DNA of 64,000 bases, taken from Ascoidea asiatica JCM 7603. Taxonomy: Eukaryota; Fungi; Ascomycota. The notes beneath the pieces were generated by a model, which saw only the letters and a list, made by a program, of their open reading frames with translations, made no database searches and was not told the DNA's origin. A program made the translations under genes and the position numbers. The stretch is from contig BCKQ01000002.1 in NCBI GenBank assembly GCA_001600695.1, positions 1,075,184-1,139,183 on the forward strand, in the 5' to 3' direction. Below, piece after piece: positions 24,005-35,711 of this stretch; the first letter of the stretch is position 1; each line of letters begins with the position of its first letter.

Positions 24005-24330
24005 AGAGTAGTAGTTTTTTTTAAATATTATGTAATCTCTTACACATATTAGGTCTACTGAAAAGTAATATAGAATTTAGTACCGTACCACTGGAGCTAA
24101 ATTAAAATCCTAATTTTAGGATTCAGCCAATCACAGAAGGTTAATGTAATGTAAGAACCTAAATTGAAATTTTATATTGCAAACATCTAAATAATTATTT
24201 GCGATTTTAGTCATCCAAGTTCTGATAACTTACATAACGTAAAATAAAAAATTATCAGTACACATCGTATTTAATAATCGTTTAAAAATCCCTTATACTC
24301 TTACAGCTTTTAAAAAAAATCTCAACTTTT

Positions 24331-27300
24331 TCATTTTAATTTGAACAAGGCTTCTTGACATCTTGTACTTATATCACTGATTTTATTTTCTTTGTTTATT
24401 TCTAAACCTTTGCATATACCTGATTTAGTTATCTTAGATATTCTATCTTTGATATCTTTATCACTATTTTCTTGAAAATAAATATCTAGATCTGTTAAAT
24501 TTTTATCAAAATTTAGATCAATATTAAAATTTTTACTTCTAGTATCTTTAAATTCTGAAGGTAATTCTATATCCCCATCTTTATCAACATTTAAATTATT
24601 TAAATTCTCTAAGTTATCTAATTTATTTAAATTACTTGTATTATTTGAATTATTTTTATTGTTTGTATTATTTGAGTTATTTGTATTGTTTTCATTTTTA
24701 TCTTCATCTAAATCCATATCAGCTCCTATAATATTTGAAAGTAAATCTGAATGTTCAATATCAGCTTTACTATCAATTAAAGTTGAAATTAGCCAAATAC
24801 ATCCCTTTTTAATATTCAAAAAATTTGAAGTTATATCTCTTTCAGTAAATGTATTTTGAAATATCTCATATAATTTGAATAAATCACTCGATGAATTCAA
24901 ATTAAACTTTTCTGATTTACCTTTAATTAAAGCATTTAAAGCTGAAAAATTATGCATCAAATAAATCTTAAATTCATTAACAATTTCATAAAATAATTCC
25001 GAATCTTCTTTTTTTTCTTTCAAAAAAGTTGTTTGGTCATTATTACTAGAATTTTGAGAACTTATATTTTTTTCTTCATTGCTTAACTCATCATTTGATC
25101 TTACTTCAAGTTTTACAAGACTTAACATTAATAATATTTTTATTTCAGGTAATAAACAATCAGGATCCTTAAGCAATAAATTTCTAAAATAATTATTTAA
25201 TGTTGATAAATTGATTAAAACATAAATAATATTTTCAATAATTTCACTATGTTCAATAATATTGTAATATTTTAATTTATATGATAAAACTTTTATAAAC
25301 TGTAGATGATCATCATTTTCATAATTTGGCCTATAGAAAATTCTGTTTTTATTATTTAACTCGAATTCTTGATTGAATTTTTTAAATTCATTATTATAGC
25401 TAACAATTAAATTATTTGCGATAATTTGATTATTTTCAATTAAATTTGGAATAAGTTTCAAACATTTACTTTCTAAAGTAACAAATTTCATCAAATTTTT
25501 ATTATTTAAATTGTTAATATTTCCTTCATTGACAAGAATGATTTTTAATAAATCTATAAGTCCAAAATTCTCAGTTAATAAATTGATTTTTGATTCAAAT
25601 TCACTTTGAAAAGTGAAATTTTGTAAAAAAATCAACGAAGCTCTATTCAATTCATAAATTTCATTAGAATTGATAATTCCATCAAACAAATCAACTTTTA
25701 TAAAACCTTGTTCGAAATTAATGATATCTTCATTATTTGAAATATTATCACTAGTATCCATTTTTTCATAAATAAGATTTTTTAAAAAGGCAAAATTATT
25801 AATTATATTGCTAACATCGGAAAGTAACCCCTTTTCAATCAAATATTTTTTTAGATGAAGAGCATCGATAATTAAGTTACAAAATAATTTTAAAATTTCA
25901 TTTTTTAATTTGAACAATGAATTTATAAATAATTTGAAATTAATAAAAATATCGTCAACAGTTTCTTTATTACTATAACTTGATTTATTAAAATTTAAAG
26001 TGATTTTTGTTTTTTCAGTTAATGAATGATTATTATCATTATTTAAATTTAATAAAAAATCATCAATTGGAAATTTAAAAATTTTATATAAACTTTTTAA
26101 AAGTTCAAGTTTAAATTGATTTATAAATTTATTTCTTAATATAGATTTATTTTTAGACATTGATTTAATGAAATAAACAGCATTTGTTGCCAATTGAAGT
26201 AGTTTACAATATTTCTTACAATAATTTTTTGAAATAAAATTCACAATTTCAAAAGAATTTGAATTTTTATTAGGTATTAATTTTTTTTCGATATTAGTTA
26301 ATTTATTTAAAACTTGAGAATTTAATAAATTAAATATATTAAGTAAAATTAAATTAAAATCAATTTTATTATTCAAATCATCTCTATTGTTATTATTTTT
26401 ATTGAAAAAGAAGGTATCATTGCCAGCATTATCAAATGAATCTAAAAGAATTTTTTCTTTTTCTGGTAAAAAACTGAAATATATGAAATCTAAAATTTGT
26501 GATTGATGATCTGGACCGATTGTAGTAAAATAATTCAAGATAATGAAAGAATCATTTAATTGATCTAAAATATCTAATTTTGAATGTTTTAATAAATTAT
26601 TATTAATATGAGAAGGATTGTTGATATTTATACTATTATTGGATAATTTTTTTACTAAAGAGTTTGAATGTGAATGTGAATGTGAATGTGAATGTGAATG
26701 CGATTTTGAATAAAAATTAGCTTGACTATTAAACTGAATGTCAAGCTTGGTAAGTAATAACTTTTGATTAATTGATAGTTTTAAAAAAATTTGAATTAAA
26801 TTATTTGAAATTGATTTTATAATATCATTATTATTTAAAACTTCAAAAATTGATTTTTTTATCAATTGAAAATTTTTTATATCGATTTTTGAAGTATTAC
26901 TTGAATTAATAATTGAATTACTAATTTTATTATTAAATTCTGATAAAGCAGCTAATAATTTTAAAGAATTAATTTCCAGATGATAAGTTAATAAATTTTT
27001 TTTTAATGAAGGAATAAAATTGAAATGAATTAAATTTTTATTATTATAACTTAAAGATATTTTTTTTTTTTTACTATTAGATTTATTAGATTTTGAAAAG
27101 TGAATATTATTAATATTATCATTATTATAATTATAATCAATACTTGTCCTTTTATTTAAATCTAAATCAATTATATAATCTAAAAATGGAATTAAAAATG
27201 AAATAATATTTAAATAAAACAGATTATCAATATTATTAATTTCATTAATATTAAAATTTAATAAAGAATTATAAAAGAGAAAATTTAAACTTGATAATCT

Positions 27301-28488
27301 TAGACTTAAATTCCTAGATTTTAAAAGTGGCATTAAGTTTTTATATAATAATTTTAAAGATTTATTATTATTATTTATATCATTAATATTATTTATGTTA
27401 TAAGATTGTTTTGAAGTAAATAATTTATCGAAATTTGATAAAATTGTTGATAAATTTAGTAAAATTGGTAAAGAAGAATAAAATGAAGTAGGATATAATA
27501 ATGAATTTAGGTTTGAATTTGAATTTAAATTTGAACTATTAGAAATTGAAGGAATTGAAAAATTTAATAAAATTGAATTAGTTAGAATATTATAAATATT
27601 TAATAATTTATTAAATAAACTAAAAGAATTGAATGAATTTATGATATTATTATAATTTAAGGACAATAAATTAATTAATAAATATGATAAATTTCTGATT
27701 AAATTATTTAAATGGAATGGATAGTTTTGAAAATAACTTTTGAAAGATTTATCAATGAAATTAAATAGATTTTCAGATATATTTAATAATTCAGATAAAT
27801 CATCATTAGAAAATTTAACATTATGATTATTATGATTATTATTACTATTGACAAGAGATGATTTAATTTTTGATAATTGTGATAATAAAAAATTTAAATT
27901 AATTAAATTTAAAGAAACTAAATCGAATAAATCCTCAATATTAGAATTATGATTTTCATAAATATTTTTAATAAATTCACTTAAATCTTTTAAATTATGT
28001 AATAAAATTTCTAAAATATCATAACCTTGTTTATTATTATAATTTGATAAAATTTGATTAAGAATTGAAAAATTTTTATTATTTATTGATAAATTGAATA
28101 AAGAATTTAAAATTATATGAATATCAATTTGAATTTTAAGTATAGTTATACTTTTTGAATCAATATGTGTAGATAAACTAAGATATAAATGATTAATTAT
28201 TGGCGTTAAATAAATTGAATTTATAAAAGTATATTTTAAATTATCATTACATAATAAAGATAATTTTAAATCATGAATTTTATATGATTTTTTAATTAAA
28301 GTCTTACTTATATAAGATATAAATGTAGTATTTGAAGTTTTTGAAGTATTTAATAGAATTGGAGTATCAAGGTCAGGCTTAAATAAAAAATTTAATAAAT
28401 CATCTAAAAATTTTTGATCTTCTGAAGTAATTAACACATCTGTAGAAGCTGAATTAAAAGAATTTTTAGAAAACAGAGATGCAAGCAT
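24331..28488 (-). CDS. Large ARM-repeat-like protein, probable GID complex subunit Vid28/Gid5 (ARMC8 family)
   Basis: 1385-aa L/N-rich helical ORF. AVYFIKSMSKNKSILR and ILKLFCNLIID resemble the ARMC8 'LRSLSRS..LR' and 'NLxLDFS' segments; highly diverged. Confidence 0.55.
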   Translation of the reverse strand: MLASLFSKNSFNSASTDVLITSEDQKFLDDLLNFLFKPDLDTPILLNTSKTSNTTFISYISKTLIKKSYKIHDLKLSLLCNDNLKYTFINSIYLTPIINHLYLSLSTHIDSKSITILKIQIDIHIILNSLFNLSINNKNFSILNQILSNYNNKQGYDILEILLHNLKDLSEFIKNIYENHNSNIEDLFDLVSLNLINLNFLLSQLSKIKSSLVNSNNNHNNHNVKFSNDDLSELLNISENLFNFIDKSFKSYFQNYPFHLNNLIRNLSYLLINLLSLNYNNIINSFNSFSLFNKLLNIYNILTNSILLNFSIPSISNSSNLNSNSNLNSLLYPTSFYSSLPILLNLSTILSNFDKLFTSKQSYNINNINDINNNNKSLKLLYKNLMPLLKSRNLSLRLSSLNFLFYNSLLNFNINEINNIDNLFYLNIISFLIPFLDYIIDLDLNKRTSIDYNYNNDNINNIHFSKSNKSNSKKKKISLSYNNKNLIHFNFIPSLKKNLLTYHLEINSLKLLAALSEFNNKISNSIINSSNTSKIDIKNFQLIKKSIFEVLNNNDIIKSISNNLIQIFLKLSINQKLLLTKLDIQFNSQANFYSKSHSHSHSHSHSHSNSLVKKLSNNSININNPSHINNNLLKHSKLDILDQLNDSFIILNYFTTIGPDHQSQILDFIYFSFLPEKEKILLDSFDNAGNDTFFFNKNNNNRDDLNNKIDFNLILLNIFNLLNSQVLNKLTNIEKKLIPNKNSNSFEIVNFISKNYCKKYCKLLQLATNAVYFIKSMSKNKSILRNKFINQFKLELLKSLYKIFKFPIDDFLLNLNNDNNHSLTEKTKITLNFNKSSYSNKETVDDIFINFKLFINSLFKLKNEILKLFCNLIIDALHLKKYLIEKGLLSDVSNIINNFAFLKNLIYEKMDTSDNISNNEDIINFEQGFIKVDLFDGIINSNEIYELNRASLIFLQNFTFQSEFESKINLLTENFGLIDLLKIILVNEGNINNLNNKNLMKFVTLESKCLKLIPNLIENNQIIANNLIVSYNNEFKKFNQEFELNNKNRIFYRPNYENDDHLQFIKVLSYKLKYYNIIEHSEIIENIIYVLINLSTLNNYFRNLLLKDPDCLLPEIKILLMLSLVKLEVRSNDELSNEEKNISSQNSSNNDQTTFLKEKKEDSELFYEIVNEFKIYLMHNFSALNALIKGKSEKFNLNSSSDLFKLYEIFQNTFTERDITSNFLNIKKGCIWLISTLIDSKADIEHSDLLSNIIGADMDLDEDKNENNTNNSNNTNNKNNSNNTSNLNKLDNLENLNNLNVDKDGDIELPSEFKDTRSKNFNIDLNFDKNLTDLDIYFQENSDKDIKDRISKITKSGICKGLEINKENKISDISTRCQEALFKLK

Positions 28489-29251
28489 TTATATATGATG
28501 GAATAATTGAATAATTGATTAGTCTATCGATTAACTTATAATTGAATGATTGATGAAGGTATTGATAAATGTATTGATGAAATGATTTATTTTCAGTAAT
28601 GATCTTATGAGTGATATATGAATTGATATATGAATTGATTGATCAACTGAATGATCAATTGGAATGAATATTGAATAACAACCTAATGATCTATTGATTG
28701 ATTGATTGATTATTGATTGATATATTAACCTGTTGTTTGATCAATCGTTGATTAATGATTAATGATTAATGATTAATGATTAATGAAGATGTTAAGATAG
28801 ATATAAACAAAGGAGAAGATCATTCAAGTCACTAAAACCACCAAAAACACCTTCTTTTTATTTTCTGGTTTTGTTTCGCTTTTGCTCTTATCGCCGCCCG
28901 CGGATCATGTTGCGGATTGTAACACGGATTGAAAACAAAGAGACCCACAAACTTGGTGTTGAGGTTTTTATTAATTTTTATTAAAAACTAATTGAGACCA
29001 GTTCTGTGGGTGTTTTCTGTTTTCTTATCAGTTTTCCTCGGACTTCTCCGCCGCTGCAGCCATTTCACTTAGATTCAGACTCATCTGATTCAACTGATGA
29101 AACGAGGTGAAAAGTGTGAGACATTTGAAAAAAAAGGGAGAAGACAAGAGAATTTTTCATTTCTATTACTTATTACTTATTAAACATATTTATTTATATA
29201 TTAACTTATATATATATTAAAAAAAATCAATTATATTCATTATATTATAAA

Positions 29252-30199
29252 ATGATGAATAAAACATTATCTGAGATCTCAGGATCAGTTTCATTAGCAT
29301 GTTGGTTTGTATTATTATTACCACAATTAATTGAACAATATAAAATTAAATCAGCTCAAGGTATTTCAATAAATTTTTTAATAATTTGGTTTATTGGAGA
29401 TTTAGCAAATTTAATTGGTTCAATTTATGCAAATTTATTATTTCAAGTTATTTTATTAGCTTTATGGTTTTGTTTTGCAGATTTTTTAATAATTTTATCA
29501 TATTATTATTATACTTTTATTTATCCAAAATATCATAAGAAGAAAATTATTTCAATTCCAGATGAAATTGATGAAATTGATGATATTAATACTACTATAA
29601 TTATTAATGAATCAAGTTCTTTATTAAATACAAGAAGAAAATCAAGAAGAGAATCATTAACTAGAATTGTTAAATTTAAAAAACATTTATCAATTTTTAC
29701 AAAATATTTCTTACCAATATCATTTGTAATATTTGCAGGTATATTATCTTATCTTCTATCAAATAATAATCAAAATCAACCAGATATACCAGATATACCA
29801 GATAGACCTGATATACCAGATAAACCAGATGATAAAATTAAAATTGGACCACAAATTCTTGGTTATATATCTGCAATTTGTTATTTAAGTGCAAGATTAC
29901 CACAAATTTATCAAAATTATAAAAAAAAATCAGTTTATGGTTTAAGTTTATTATTTTTCATTTTTTCAACATTTGGTAATTTAACTTATTCATTACAAAT
30001 TTTATTTTTTAGAAGTGATTTAAATTATATAATCTTAAATTTATCTTGGTTATTAGGTTCTTTAGGTACTATTTTTGAAGATTCAATTATTTTCATTCAA
30101 TTTTATATTTATAATAGTTCTAAAGTTAATGAAAATTCTCAAGTTATTATCAATGAATCTGATGAATCTGATTCTGAAGTCTCTCAATCTGTTGTATAA
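29252..30199 (+). CDS. PQ-loop vacuolar cationic amino acid transporter (Ypq1/Ypq2/Rtc2 family)
   Basis: CWFVLLLPQL and SARLPQIYQNY PQ motifs, 7-TM pattern, ESSSLL dileucine in the central loop. Confidence 0.92.
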   Translation: MMNKTLSEISGSVSLACWFVLLLPQLIEQYKIKSAQGISINFLIIWFIGDLANLIGSIYANLLFQVILLALWFCFADFLIILSYYYYTFIYPKYHKKKIISIPDEIDEIDDINTTIIINESSSLLNTRRKSRRESLTRIVKFKKHLSIFTKYFLPISFVIFAGILSYLLSNNNQNQPDIPDIPDRPDIPDKPDDKIKIGPQILGYISAICYLSARLPQIYQNYKKKSVYGLSLLFFIFSTFGNLTYSLQILFFRSDLNYIILNLSWLLGSLGTIFEDSIIFIQFYIYNSSKVNENSQVIINESDESDSEVSQSVV

Positions 30200-30313
30200 T
30201 AGTCTCTCTCTCTCTCTCTCTCTTTATATTCTTTTTATAACATCTCTTCTGAATAATAATCTACTTGCAATCCAATAATTGTGTCATAACTTCACTTAAG
30301 CCTCAATTGCAAC

Positions 30314-30482
30314 TGACTCATCTTCTAAATGCTTTAAATACAAACAGCAGCAATACCAGTACTACTACCAGTACTACTACCAGTACTACTACCAGTACTA
30401 CTACCAGTACTACTACCAGTACTACTGCTACTGCTACTGCTGTCAGTACAAAAACGGCTGTGAGTCACGCGGTTGCTGACTA
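30314..30482. promoter_or_regulatory. Gcn4 sites (TGACTCA 30314, TGAGTCA 30461, TGACTAA 30476) upstream of GLY1
   Basis: Two perfect and one near-perfect TGASTCA. Confidence 0.65.
30355..30426. repeat. 12-bp minisatellite (ACCAGTACTACT) x6
   Basis: Six exact tandem copies. Confidence 0.95.
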
Positions 30483-30865
30483 ATCCGGTTCAACTCTTCT
30501 CCGTTAAATCCCACAGCAAAAATTAAAGCTTTATTTCATTACTCGATTCAACTCGACTTTACTCGACTTTTACTCATTTATTCAATTACAAAATGAAAAC
30601 TATTCAATTATCAATATTCTGCAATTATTCATTTCATTTCATTACATTACAACTCATCTCAATTCAATTGAATTTAATTCACTTAATATCTTCATTCAGA
30701 TATAAATATATTCATATTCCTCTTTTTCTTTTTCTTTTTCTTTCGTTTATTCTTCTCTCTTTTCTTCAGTCAACTATTCAATCAATCAATCAATCAATCA
30801 ATTAATCAATTAATTAATTAATTAACTAAGTAACTAATACGTATCTTTAATAATTTTTATCAAAA

Positions 30866-31963
30866 ATGTCTGAAGCTCAATTATATCCAAAAACTCATAA
30901 GGAATTTAGAAGTGATACTTTCACAGTTCCAACTAAATCTGTACTTAATTCTGCTTTTATTTCAACTCTTGGTGATAGCGTTTATAATGAAGATGATTCA
31001 ACTATAATGTTAGAAAATTATGTTGCAAATTTAGCTGGTAAAGAAAAAGGTTTATTTTGTGTTTCTGGTACTTTATCAAATCAAATTGCTGTAAGAACAA
31101 ATTTACATCAACCTCCTCATTCAATATTATGTGATTATAGATCTCATATTTATATTGATGAAGCTGGTGGTTTAGCAACTTTATCTCAAGCTATGGTAAC
31201 TCCAGTAATACCTTCAAATGGTTTATATTTAACTTTAAATGATATTAAAAAAAATGCAATTTTAGAAGATGATATTCATTATGCTTCAACTAAATTAATT
31301 AGTCTTGAAAATACAATTAATGGTATAATAATTCCAATTGAAGAAATTAAAAAAATTAGTCAATTTTGTAAAGAAAATAATTTAAATTTACATTTAGATG
31401 GTGCAAGATTATGGAATGCTTCTATAGAAACTGGAATTTCAATTAAAGATTATTGTAAATATTTTGATTCAGTTTCTTTATGTCTTTCAAAATCTTTAGG
31501 TGCTCCAATTGGTTCTGTATTAGTTTCAAATAAAAAATTTATTTTAAAAGCAAATCATTTTAAAAAACAAAATGGTGGTGGTATAAGACAATCTGGAATA
31601 ATAGCTTCAATGGCTTTAACTGCTTTAAAAGAAAATTTATCAAAAATTAAAAAATCTCATATTAATGCAAAAAATTTTGAAAAATTTTGTTTAAAAAAAA
31701 ATATTTTTTTACAATTTCCAACTTTTACAAATTTTGTTTTTATAGATTTATTAAAAAATAAAATTAAATTATCAAATTTAATTGAAACTGGTAAAAAAAA
31801 TAATGTTAATTTAATGGGTAATAGAATTGCTTTTCATTTTCAAATTTCTGATGAAGCAATAGAAAATTTAGAAAAAACTTTACTTGAATGTAAAGAATAT
31901 GCTATTCAAAATCCTTTTGATATTGAAGAACCAACAAGAACATATTTAATTGAAACTGAATAA
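30866..31963 (+). CDS. GLY1: Low-specificity L-threonine aldolase
   Basis: EFRSDTFT, GDSVYNED, SGTLSNQIA, HLDGARLWNA and SLCLSKSLGAP (PLP lysine). Confidence 0.96.
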   Translation: MSEAQLYPKTHKEFRSDTFTVPTKSVLNSAFISTLGDSVYNEDDSTIMLENYVANLAGKEKGLFCVSGTLSNQIAVRTNLHQPPHSILCDYRSHIYIDEAGGLATLSQAMVTPVIPSNGLYLTLNDIKKNAILEDDIHYASTKLISLENTINGIIIPIEEIKKISQFCKENNLNLHLDGARLWNASIETGISIKDYCKYFDSVSLCLSKSLGAPIGSVLVSNKKFILKANHFKKQNGGGIRQSGIIASMALTALKENLSKIKKSHINAKNFEKFCLKKNIFLQFPTFTNFVFIDLLKNKIKLSNLIETGKKNNVNLMGNRIAFHFQISDEAIENLEKTLLECKEYAIQNPFDIEEPTRTYLIETE

Positions 31964-32157
31964 TTCTTTTATTTTTATTCATCACCTTTTTATTTACTTT
32001 CTTTTTTATTTTTATATAACTTATTAGATTTTTCAATTATTAGATTTTCCAATTATTAGATTTTCAATTTTTTTTTTTTTTTTCCGTATTTTTTTCTTTC
32101 AATATAACTTGTACATAAGTCAAATTAATATAATCTCTTAATTATTTATTCAATTAT

Positions 32158-35016
32158 CTATTGTATATTTAAATTATCTAAAACATCATTTGTCTGTTCA
32201 AGTAAAAGGTTTTGTAATTTATCATCTTTTTCAATTTCATTGGTTTCAATACCTTTATTATCTATAAAATCTATTTTTGAAATGTTCATTTTTTTATCGT
32301 TGGAATTTTCATTTTTATTTTCATTTTCATTTTCATTTTCATTTCCACTTCGATTTTGTTTGTTTATTTCATCATTCAAATATTCTAAACTTTTTGTTCT
32401 ATCTGGTAATGGAGGTGTTAATGCAAAAATATTATTTGAACTATTACTTTTATTACCTAATTTTAAAAATTCTTTTGAATTAGAGTCTTGAAATACATCA
32501 TTCTCTTCATTTCCTATTACTTTTTCATTCTGTTTCATTTCATCTTCTTCTTTTAAATTCTGTCTATTATTATCTTTATTATTATTAACATCATTCTCAG
32601 AAGTTTTTTTTTCAATCTCTTTTTCTTTTTCTATAGTATTTGAATTATTTATTGTATTTGAATTTGAAATTGAAGTTGAATTATTTAAATTTTCTAATTC
32701 ATTATTTGATAAATTATTACTACTTGCATTTTTTTTAAAATTATTATTATTTACTTCATTTTTATTTTTTTTTAATTTTGGTGGTAATCCTATTGTTTTT
32801 TTTAATAATTTTTGTTTATCATATTCACTATTCATTTCTTCATAACTTCTACCAAATACATTATTCCACCATCTAATTTCATCTAAATTTGGTATAATTA
32901 TATCATCATCATTAATTTCATTAAAATTTATTGGTTTAATATATTCAAAATTTGTAAATTCAGGTATTCTTGAAAAAAAATAATCCCAAACAGATCTTGT
33001 ATTTTCATAAATATTATTTTCAATTCTTTCTTGTTCATTATCACATAAAAAATTACCATATTGACATGAATAAAGATGATATAATAATCTTCTTAAAAAT
33101 CTTTCATTAAATTCAAATTTTTTTGGATTTTGTCTTAATAATTGAAAAGTACAATCTAAAAATTGATGAAATACAGGACTTGTAAATTTTAAATGTTTTT
33201 GTTTTTTAAAATGATTTGAAACTGATTGAATTGCATTTGCAGCATGATTAATTGAATCTGAATTTGCTATAGCTTCAAAATTAAAATTAAAACCAGAGTT
33301 ATTGTTATTGTTATTATTGTTAATATTATTATTTCCATTTGAATTTGAAACTAGATTTGAAGATGAACTTGAATTTGAATTAGGATCAGAATTATTTATA
33401 ATACTACTATAATGAGTATCTGAATTTTGATTATTATTATTATTATTATTATTGGTGGTGTTATTATTTATATTATTTATATTTATATTATTGTTATTAG
33501 TATTAAAGTTATTTAAGTTTGAATTTAAATTTGAATTTGAAATTCTACCATTATTTACAAATTTTGTTTCAGAAGATAAATGACCAGATCTTTCATTAAA
33601 TCTATGACCAGCAGCTAACCAATCTTTTTCAATTAAAATTGCAAAACCTTTAATAGTTCTAAAATAAGGATCTAAACAAATTTGAGCTAAAGAACAAATT
33701 TGAGAAGTTCTATCCCAACCATCAGAACAATGAATTAAAGTATGAACATTATTAAAATGAATTGATTTAACAATTAAATCAGTACCATTTAAAATTGTTG
33801 AAATATGTTTTAACCAATTTGTTTTATCTAAAGAATCTTTTGATAAATTTAAATTTGATAAAATATTTGAATATTTTAATAAATTATTAACTTTATTTAA
33901 AGAATCTCTAATGACATGAATATTATCAATACCTAAGAAATATTTTTTTGAATTTTTATAATTATCAATAATTTCAGTACCACCACCTAAAGCAGTTTGA
34001 GCCATAGCATTAGTTTGTGGTCTTGCATCAATAATTAAATTTTTTTTTAATTTTTTTTTACTTTTATTATTATTATTATTATTATTATTGTTATTGTTAT
34101 TGTTATTGTTGAAGCTTGTATTATTATTATTATTTGATAAATTAATTTGTTGATTTGAATTAAAAATTTCTTCAATTAATTTTTCATCTTGAATTGATCT
34201 TGATTGTTTTAAACTTGTTAAAGGTTGAGAAGATCTTGTAATTGTACAACCATTTTTTTTATGATAATAAGATAATATTGGAATTCTATTTTTTGATCTA
34301 AAATTAGAAGAATATTTAAGTAAATTATCTGAGATTGAAATTGGAATTATGAAATTTTTTGAATAAGTTTTACAAAATTTATAATTTAAATTAATATTTG
34401 AAATTCTCCAATTTTTATTTAAATTTTGTCTTTTAAATTCATTAATTAAATTAAATAAATTATAATTTATTAATGAATTTTTAAAAAAATTTAATTCAAT
34501 TGAAATTGGATTATATAAAAAAGCATATAAATTTTTAATTTTTTTAAGACAAGTTAATTTAATTATTGATTCAAATACATTTTGACAAATTAATTCATTT
34601 TTAAAATCAAATGAAAAATTTTGAAAATCTTTACAAATTAATTTTATTGAAGAACCTTTATATAAATTTGAAATATTTAAATTTTTTAAAATTTTATCTA
34701 AATTATTATTTTTTAATAAATTTTTAGGTAAAGTGAATAAATCAATTAATGAAGAACCAAGATTTTTTTCAAGAAAGTTAATCATTGGATAACATATCCA
34801 AATTTCTTTTCTTTTTAAAATTACATTTTTATTTTTATTTGTATTTTTATTTGTATTTGTATTTGTATTTGTATCTGATTGTGATTGAGATTGAGATTGA
34901 GATTGTGATTGAACGAATATTAAATGATGAGTTGTTAAATGAAGATCACCAATGATTGAATAACCTCTTTTATGTAAGGTAACATTTGAAACATGAGTTA
35001 CTTTTAAATATTCCAT
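32158..35016 (-). CDS. YMR1: Myotubularin PI3P phosphatase
   Basis: HCSDGWDRT active site, PH-GRAM N-terminus, IIDARP and SPVFHQFLDC. Confidence 0.96.
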   Translation of the reverse strand: MEYLKVTHVSNVTLHKRGYSIIGDLHLTTHHLIFVQSQSQSQSQSQSDTNTNTNTNKNTNKNKNVILKRKEIWICYPMINFLEKNLGSSLIDLFTLPKNLLKNNNLDKILKNLNISNLYKGSSIKLICKDFQNFSFDFKNELICQNVFESIIKLTCLKKIKNLYAFLYNPISIELNFFKNSLINYNLFNLINEFKRQNLNKNWRISNINLNYKFCKTYSKNFIIPISISDNLLKYSSNFRSKNRIPILSYYHKKNGCTITRSSQPLTSLKQSRSIQDEKLIEEIFNSNQQINLSNNNNNTSFNNNNNNNNNNNNNNNKSKKKLKKNLIIDARPQTNAMAQTALGGGTEIIDNYKNSKKYFLGIDNIHVIRDSLNKVNNLLKYSNILSNLNLSKDSLDKTNWLKHISTILNGTDLIVKSIHFNNVHTLIHCSDGWDRTSQICSLAQICLDPYFRTIKGFAILIEKDWLAAGHRFNERSGHLSSETKFVNNGRISNSNLNSNLNNFNTNNNNININNINNNTTNNNNNNNNQNSDTHYSSIINNSDPNSNSSSSSNLVSNSNGNNNINNNNNNNNSGFNFNFEAIANSDSINHAANAIQSVSNHFKKQKHLKFTSPVFHQFLDCTFQLLRQNPKKFEFNERFLRRLLYHLYSCQYGNFLCDNEQERIENNIYENTRSVWDYFFSRIPEFTNFEYIKPINFNEINDDDIIIPNLDEIRWWNNVFGRSYEEMNSEYDKQKLLKKTIGLPPKLKKNKNEVNNNNFKKNASSNNLSNNELENLNNSTSISNSNTINNSNTIEKEKEIEKKTSENDVNNNKDNNRQNLKEEDEMKQNEKVIGNEENDVFQDSNSKEFLKLGNKSNSSNNIFALTPPLPDRTKSLEYLNDEINKQNRSGNENENENENKNENSNDKKMNISKIDFIDNKGIETNEIEKDDKLQNLLLEQTNDVLDNLNIQ

Positions 35017-35522
35017 TATTAACTATTTACTTAATTAGTTTATTAATTGATTAAGTGATTAGTTGTTAAAGATTGAATGAATTGAGGAATGATTATTAGA
35101 TTACTATATTGGTATATGTATATTCATTCTATTGATTATAATCATTATATTAAGTAAGAATACTGAATGATTATAATTCTTATTGATATTCTTTTGATTG
35201 ATTATTGATTGATTGTTGATTGATTATTGGATGAATATGATTGATTATTGATTAAATATTTATATCTCTTTATTTATTATTTATTATTTATTATTTATTT
35301 ATTGATTTGAATACGAAATGGAAAAGAAAAGAAAAGAAAAGGAGTGGAGACGGAGAAGGTCTTGTAGCAGAGTGTCTAGTGCAAGAAGAGATTATTTACA
35401 GGACATAGTCACCTGACTACTTGTCCTTGATCTGAGTCTCGGAAGGTGAGAAAAGAGAAAGAAGAAAAGAGAAGAGAAGAGAAGAAGATGAGATTAGATA
35501 AGAACAGTCGATAATGGTAATA

Positions 35523-35566
35523 GATAAGGATGGGATAAGGATGGGATAAGGATGGGATAAGGATGG
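35523..35566. repeat. 11-bp tandem repeat (GATAAGGATGG) x4, each unit containing GATAAG
   Basis: GATAAG at 35523, 35534, 35545 and 35556, plus one at 35497. Confidence 0.9.
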
Positions 35567-35711
35567 TTGTTTTGCTTCTTGTGGGTATTGTAAAGGGTAT
35601 TAATATTATATATATATAAGTTATATATATTATATATATATAAGTTATATATATTATATGTTATATATATTATATGTAATATATATTATATGTAATATAA
35701 ATGGTGATTTA

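Noticed and set aside
30355-30426. Regular repeat that might be taken for a CRISPR or telomeric array
   Set aside because: No spacers, and it is a short interstitial array with genes on both sides; a plain minisatellite
35605-35700. Long AT-only quasi-palindromic duplication
   Set aside because: Directly after the MOH1 stop; consistent with expanded TATATA 3'-end efficiency elements, as seen after several other genes here
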